The position numbers and the translations under genes were made by a program. From the NCBI GenBank assembly GCA_015057955.1, contig SVDE01000002.1, positions 1,607-65,606 on the forward strand: DNA of 64,000 nucleotides, read 5' to 3'. Position 1 is the first letter of the stretch. Every line of letters starts with the position of its first letter. This stretch comes from Lachnospiraceae bacterium (GTDB lineage Bacteria > Bacillota > Clostridia > Lachnospirales > Lachnospiraceae). Of the stretch, positions 60,103 through 64,000 are shown piece by piece. The notes below the pieces were generated by a model, which saw nothing but the letters and a program-made list of their open reading frames with translations, was not told where the DNA came from and ran no database searches.

Positions 60103-60560
60103 GTCATTATCTCCTCATCTTTAAATTTTTGTATCAGATGCTCCATTAGACGGTCTACCGTCTCGCATACCGCTTCATATTTTTCTTCGCTCTCTCCGAG
60201 CGGGATCTTCACGTCCCCTGTCTCTCCGACATACTCTTTCAGGATAAAAATATTGGAAAAACCGCTGTGTGCGGCAAATGCCCGCTTCTGGCTCGCACTG
60301 TCCAGCGCAAGTATCAGAACATTTGCAGCAAAGTCCCCGTCTGACAAGGCCGCTGCCTGATGCTCGCGGATGTCAACTCCGTATTTAAGGCCTATCATGG
60401 CGATCCTGCTGTTCACGGGTTCGGGAAACAGTACGACAGTTCCTCTCGACTGGGCTCTTATGCGCCCGGATTGCTCCTTCGCTTTCTTCCTGAAGAGCGC
60501 AGCAGCAAGAGGTCCAAGTCCTGTATTATCTTCATCAACAAAAATAATCCTATCGATCAT
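60099..60560 (-). CDS. YwlE-like low-molecular-weight phosphatase homologue lacking catalytic Cys/Arg/Asp (probable pseudophosphatase)
   Basis: LMW-PTP fold, but the P-loop reads IIFVDEDNTGLGPLAAALF instead of VCTGNTCRSPMAEA, and the DP general-acid position reads IP. I prefer the ATG at 60560 (ATGA overlap with the tsaC stop) over the tracked start at 60668. Confidence 0.65.
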   Translation of the reverse strand: MIDRIIFVDEDNTGLGPLAAALFRKKAKEQSGRIRAQSRGTVVLFPEPVNSRIAMIGLKYGVDIREHQAAALSDGDFAANVLILALDSASQKRAFAAHSGFSNIFILKEYVGETGDVKIPLGESEEKYEAVCETVDRLMEHLIQKFKDEEIMT

Positions 60561-61180
60561 CTGCCCAGCACTTCTTTGATCATCTCTGCCGTGATGACTC
60601 CCTCCCGGAGTATCTTCGGCTCTTCTCCCGTAAGGTCCAGTACGGTGGAGGATATGCCTATGCTGCACTCTCCCCCGTCTATCACCATGTCTATCCTTCC
60701 GTCAAGATCCTCACGGACATCTTCTGCGGTAACTGAACTTCTCTTTCCGGAAAGATTTGCGCTTGGCGCAGCCAGCGGTGACCCCGCGTACGCGATGATC
60801 ATCCTTGCGCATTCACTTTCAGGCATCCTGACTCCGACGGTATTCCCTCCGGCTGATACTTCATCTGGAACCGTTTCATTTTTTTCCATTATTAAGGTAA
60901 GCGCTCCGGGCCAGAATGCGACCATGAGTTTCAGAGCGTCATTGGATATGTCGCCGGCAACGCGGCCGACCTGCATGATATCACTGACAAGGATGCTTAA
61001 GGGCTTTTTTTCATCACGGCCTTTTGCTTCAAATATCTTCCTTACTGCATCCCTGTCCGTATATACTGCTCCAAGACCATAGACCGTATCGGTCGGAAAT
61101 GCGACTATGCCGCTTTCTCTGAGAATATTTCCGGCCTTGGCAAACGCTGATTCACATTCAGGAAAATATTTAGTGTCCAT
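60557..61180 (-). CDS. tsaC: L-threonylcarbamoyladenylate synthase, YrdC-domain-only type (TsaC)
   Basis: IVAFPTDTVYGLGA, PLSILV, SANLSG. Length is 207 aa with no Sua5 C-terminal domain. Confidence 0.88.
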   Translation of the reverse strand: MDTKYFPECESAFAKAGNILRESGIVAFPTDTVYGLGAVYTDRDAVRKIFEAKGRDEKKPLSILVSDIMQVGRVAGDISNDALKLMVAFWPGALTLIMEKNETVPDEVSAGGNTVGVRMPESECARMIIAYAGSPLAAPSANLSGKRSSVTAEDVREDLDGRIDMVIDGGECSIGISSTVLDLTGEEPKILREGVITAEMIKEVLGR

Positions 61181-61274
61181 ACATAGAAAATTATAACATA
61201 TGTATCTGCAAAAAAAATTACATTATTCACCTTTTTTTGACAAAAGCCTTCTGCTCCTGTGCTAAAATAACCCC

Positions 61275-62084
61275 ATGGCAGAATTCTTAAGGACCAATTC
61301 ATATACACTTATAGCAGTGGCGGGGATGATCGTAACACTGATAGTTTATCTGCGCCTCGGAAAACTGCGGGATGTATCATGGAAACAGCTCATGAGCACT
61401 TTTATCTTTGCTCTTGCCGGGCTGCTCATAGGATCCCACCTGCTCTTCTTCATAGTCGGCCTGCCCGACTGGATAGCTCATTATTCGGGACAGATCCATT
61501 CAGTCCCCGATCTGCTGGTCGCCATAGGATATGGTGCGTCCGGGCTTGTGTTTTACGGAGGACTTCTGGGAGCATATGCCGCAGTCCTCATTTTCTGCAG
61601 GATCTACAGGCTGTATTCATATCCCGAACTCAATCATTTCAGCGTCGTTGTCCCCCTGTTCCATGCATTTGGAAGGATCGGGTGCGCTGTTAACGGCTGC
61701 TGCTATGGTATTGAATACCATGGACCGTTCGCTATCCACTATACGGCTGCGCACATTAACCCGGGCATCAGTGACGACATCGCGGATTTCACCAGATTCC
61801 CGGTCCAACCGCTCGAAGCGCTCATCGAGATACTGATATTTGTCTTTCTTCTGCTCCTGTATATCAAAAAAAGAGATAAATACTCTCTTACGAGTATCTA
61901 TCTCCTTATTTACAGTGTGATCAGATTCTTTGATGAATTCCTAAGAGGCGATGCCGCGAGAAAGATATGGGGACCTTTCTCAACTTCACAGTGGATCAGT
62001 CTTGCTATATTCGCGGCAGTCATCATTTATCTTGCCGTAAAGCAAGCCAAAACTCCCGGGAAACCGTTCTTTTCAAGAGCGTGA
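61275..62084 (+). CDS. lgt: Prolipoprotein diacylglyceryl transferase
   Basis: Polytopic membrane protein with FGRIGCAVNGCCYG (the Lgt signature). Confidence 0.85.
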   Translation: MAEFLRTNSYTLIAVAGMIVTLIVYLRLGKLRDVSWKQLMSTFIFALAGLLIGSHLLFFIVGLPDWIAHYSGQIHSVPDLLVAIGYGASGLVFYGGLLGAYAAVLIFCRIYRLYSYPELNHFSVVVPLFHAFGRIGCAVNGCCYGIEYHGPFAIHYTAAHINPGISDDIADFTRFPVQPLEALIEILIFVFLLLLYIKKRDKYSLTSIYLLIYSVIRFFDEFLRGDAARKIWGPFSTSQWISLAIFAAVIIYLAVKQAKTPGKPFFSRA

Positions 62085-62942
62085 GAGTATGTCCGAAAGG
62101 GCTGCGAATTCCTGCAGTGTAAGGACTTCTCCCCTTATGCTTTCGCTTTTTTCCATTTTTCTTAAAGCATTTTCGATGTCTTCCCTGGAAAGATCCAGGT
62201 CAGGGCTGTGCGAAAGCGCGTTTGCGAGGGTTTTTCTCCGCTGACCGAACGCAGCTTTTATGATCCTGAACATCTGATCCGGATCATCACACTTAATCGG
62301 CCGGTCTTCAGGTTTATAGACATCCAGCCGTATGACTGCCGAATCCACATCGGGCCTCGGGTAAAAACTGTTCTTTGAGACAGTCATTACCGTATGCGCT
62401 TTGCTGTAAAATGCGACTGCCAGGGAAAGCGCTCCGTATGCCTTGCTGCCGGGCCCTTCAGTCATGCGCTCTGCCACTTCCTTCTGTATCATCACAGTAA
62501 TGCTTTCGATCGCGGATCCCCTTCCGAGGAGCTCCATAATGATCGGAGTGGTTATGTAATACGGCAGGTTTGCGACCACCTTGATCGGCCTGCCTTCATT
62601 TTCCTTTTCGATCAGGCCGTCCAGATCAACTTTCAGTATGTCATCATTGATCAGGATCAGTTTCTCATCTTTACCGACAGTCCCTTCAAGTATAGGGATC
62701 AGCATTTTGTCGACTTCGACAGCGATGACTTTGCTGGCGCTGTCCAGTAGGTATCCTGTGAGCGCTCCCATGCCCGGTCCGATCTCGAGGACGCAGTCTC
62801 CGGATCCGATCCCCGCAGCTTCCACAATGGAACTCAGGACATTTTCATCGATCAGGAAATTCTGTCCGAATTTTTTCTGTACCGGAAAATGATGAGCTTT
62901 GATCAAGTCTATACATTGCTTTGGCGTTAGCTGTTGTGACAC
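62073..62942 (-). CDS. rsmA: 16S rRNA (adenine1518/1519-N6)-dimethyltransferase
   Basis: GQNFLID, EIGPGMGALT, ANLPYYITTP. GTG start with a GAGGAG RBS 7 nt upstream. Confidence 0.9.
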   Translation of the reverse strand: MSQQLTPKQCIDLIKAHHFPVQKKFGQNFLIDENVLSSIVEAAGIGSGDCVLEIGPGMGALTGYLLDSASKVIAVEVDKMLIPILEGTVGKDEKLILINDDILKVDLDGLIEKENEGRPIKVVANLPYYITTPIIMELLGRGSAIESITVMIQKEVAERMTEGPGSKAYGALSLAVAFYSKAHTVMTVSKNSFYPRPDVDSAVIRLDVYKPEDRPIKCDDPDQMFRIIKAAFGQRRKTLANALSHSPDLDLSREDIENALRKMEKSESIRGEVLTLQEFAALSDILSRS

Positions 62943-63678
62943 GTATTATCTCCTCTTCCTCACGTTGCGTTATCTCTGCGGCCGCGCCGACAACATATTT
63001 CAGCATGGATGAATCGTTTCTCTGTCCTCTGAACGGGACCGGTGCAAGATAAGGGCAGTCCGTTTCAAGCAGCATCCTATCAAGCGGCATGTACTGTACG
63101 ATCTCTTTCAGCTTTCTTGCGTTCTTAAATGTGAGCACTCCGCCTATGCCGATATAAAATCCAAGGTCCAGATATATCTTTGCCATTTCCTTCTCATACG
63201 AGAAACAATGGATCACTCCGCCTGTATCTGCTGCCTTTTCTGACTTTATCATGTCCAGCGTGTCCTGTGCGGCATCGCGGCTGTGCACGATGATCGGATA
63301 TCCTTCTCTCCTGGCAAGGCCTATCTGGGCAGCGAACCATTCCTTCTGGAGCGGCTTGTCGGTATCCGGATAATGGTAGTCCAGCCCTATCTCGCCCACC
63401 GCCACTATCTTATCTGCCTTAAGCATTTCAGAAACGAGTGAAAAGTTATCATCATTCATCTCCGGAGCATCAGAAGGATGAATACCCGCTGTGCCGTACA
63501 GGAAATCATATTTTTTAGTAAGCTCCAGTATTCTTGGCATGTCATCCGGAGCTGCCGAAGCATTTACTATGTAACCCACACCTTTTTCATGCATTCCGCG
63601 CAGGAGTTCATCCCTGTCTGCGTCGAATGCCTCATCATCATAATGGGCGTGGGAGTCAAATATCAGATCCTCGTACAT
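62845..63678 (-). CDS. tatD: TatD-family metal-dependent hydrolase/DNase
   Basis: DSHAHYD, GEIGLDYHY, IVHSRDA, ETDCPYLAP. The C-terminal ~20 aa extend 98 nt into rsmA. Confidence 0.88.
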   Translation of the reverse strand: MYEDLIFDSHAHYDDEAFDADRDELLRGMHEKGVGYIVNASAAPDDMPRILELTKKYDFLYGTAGIHPSDAPEMNDDNFSLVSEMLKADKIVAVGEIGLDYHYPDTDKPLQKEWFAAQIGLARREGYPIIVHSRDAAQDTLDMIKSEKAADTGGVIHCFSYEKEMAKIYLDLGFYIGIGGVLTFKNARKLKEIVQYMPLDRMLLETDCPYLAPVPFRGQRNDSSMLKYVVGAAAEITQREEEEIIRVTTANAKAMYRLDQSSSFSGTEKIRTEFPDR

Positions 63679-63756
63679 GTGATCTTCCTTTCATTACCGC
63701 TCATAGTGCGGATGCGTTGATTATATCATGCCGGCATGTTTGTTAAAACCTGCAGA

Positions 63757-63788
63757 TAAAAAAACAAGGTATCCAGTGATACCTTGTT
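63757..63788 (-). terminator. Intrinsic terminator downstream of the tRNA genes
   Basis: On the minus strand: stem AACAAGGTATC/GATACCTTGTT (loop ACTG) followed by TTTTTTT. Confidence 0.8.
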
Positions 63789-63792
63789 TTCG

Positions 63793-63865
63793 TGGGCACT
63801 AAGGGACTCGAACCCCTGACCCCATCCACGTCAAGGATGTGCGCTCCCAGCTGCGCTAAGTGCCC
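63793..63865 (-). tRNA. tRNA-Val (anticodon GAC)
   Basis: The reverse complement folds as a cloverleaf: acceptor GGGCACT/AGTGCCC, D-arm GCGC-AGCTGGGA-GCGC, anticodon stem CATCC/GGATG with loop TTGACGT, T-arm with TTCGAGT. Length is 73 nt and CCA is not encoded. Confidence 0.9.
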
Positions 63866-63905
63866 AAACTGGAGCAATGGGCAATCCGAACCACTCCAAG
63901 TTTAC

Positions 63906-63978
63906 TGGAGCATAGGGGATTCGAACCCCTGACCTTTTGAATGCCATTCAAACGCGCTCCCAGCTGCGCTAATGCCCC
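63906..63978 (-). tRNA. tRNA-Ala (anticodon GGC)
   Basis: Reverse-complement cloverleaf: acceptor GGGGCAT/ATGCTCC with the G3:U70 Ala identity pair, anticodon loop ATGGCAT, T-loop TTCGAAT. Length is 73 nt. Confidence 0.9.
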
Positions 63979-64000
63979 GAGGGTACAGCAGGTCTGGTAC

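Noticed and set aside
60561-60668. The N-terminal extension of the LMW-phosphatase-like ORF (start at 60668).
   Set aside because: It overlaps the tsaC 3' end by over 100 nt, and the extension (MQHRHILHRTGPYGRRAEDTPGG...) looks non-protein-like. The ATG at 60560 forms an ATGA junction with the tsaC stop and aligns with the YwlE N-terminus.
63979-64000. A possible third tRNA gene starting at the window edge (…CTGGTAC).
   Set aside because: Only about 6 nt of a potential 3' acceptor end are visible, which is too little sequence to call.

Overview
This is a 64-kb chromosomal segment from a Firmicute. Gene content suggests a Clostridia/Lachnospiraceae-like anaerobe, which is an inference: V-type ATPase operon in Enterococcus ntp order, FakA/DegV genes, DnaD/DnaI-type helicase-loader pair, archaeal-type two-subunit isopropylmalate isomerases, and an M23 peptidase with cell-wall-binding-like repeats. 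The window is densely packed with housekeeping genes on both strands. I support about 58 protein genes, 2 tRNA genes, several sigma-A-type promoters and several intrinsic terminators. I saw no rRNA, CRISPR array, transposase, integrase, prophage or recognisable defence island. Main blocks, in order: an LtaS-like gene convergent with a fakB-fakB-fakA-plsX-GT2/GtrA operon; hydrolase-yhaM-mutS2; trmL, aminotransferase and an Lrp regulator; pth-mfd-nth; murC; dnaD-like/dnaI-like/prs; leuA, xth and an 868-aa orphan protein; ilvBNC, ilvD-leuB; two tandem isomerase small/large subunit pairs plus a CDF transporter; a DUF815-like ATPase, glyA and a stand-alone trpB; SGNH hydrolase, map and an M23 peptidase; marR divergent from an esterase; a nine-gene V-ATPase operon; tsaC, ywlE-like, rpiB and dCMP deaminase; lgt; tatD-rsmA; tRNA-Ala and tRNA-Val. 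I did not find a clear novel multi-gene system. The observations most worth follow-up are: (1) an Ile/Val-rich 36-codon leader ORF plus terminator upstream of ilvB, which looks like ribosome-mediated attenuation rather than a T-box; (2) three head-to-tail DnaA boxes directly upstream of the dnaD/dnaI-like operon; (3) a syntenic YwlE-type phosphatase homologue that has lost Cys, Arg and Asp catalytic residues; (4) the duplicated small-large-small-large isomerase operon translationally coupled to a metal-efflux gene; (5) translational coupling of the YhaM exoribonuclease and MutS2. All family assignments come from reading motifs by eye and no database search was possible.
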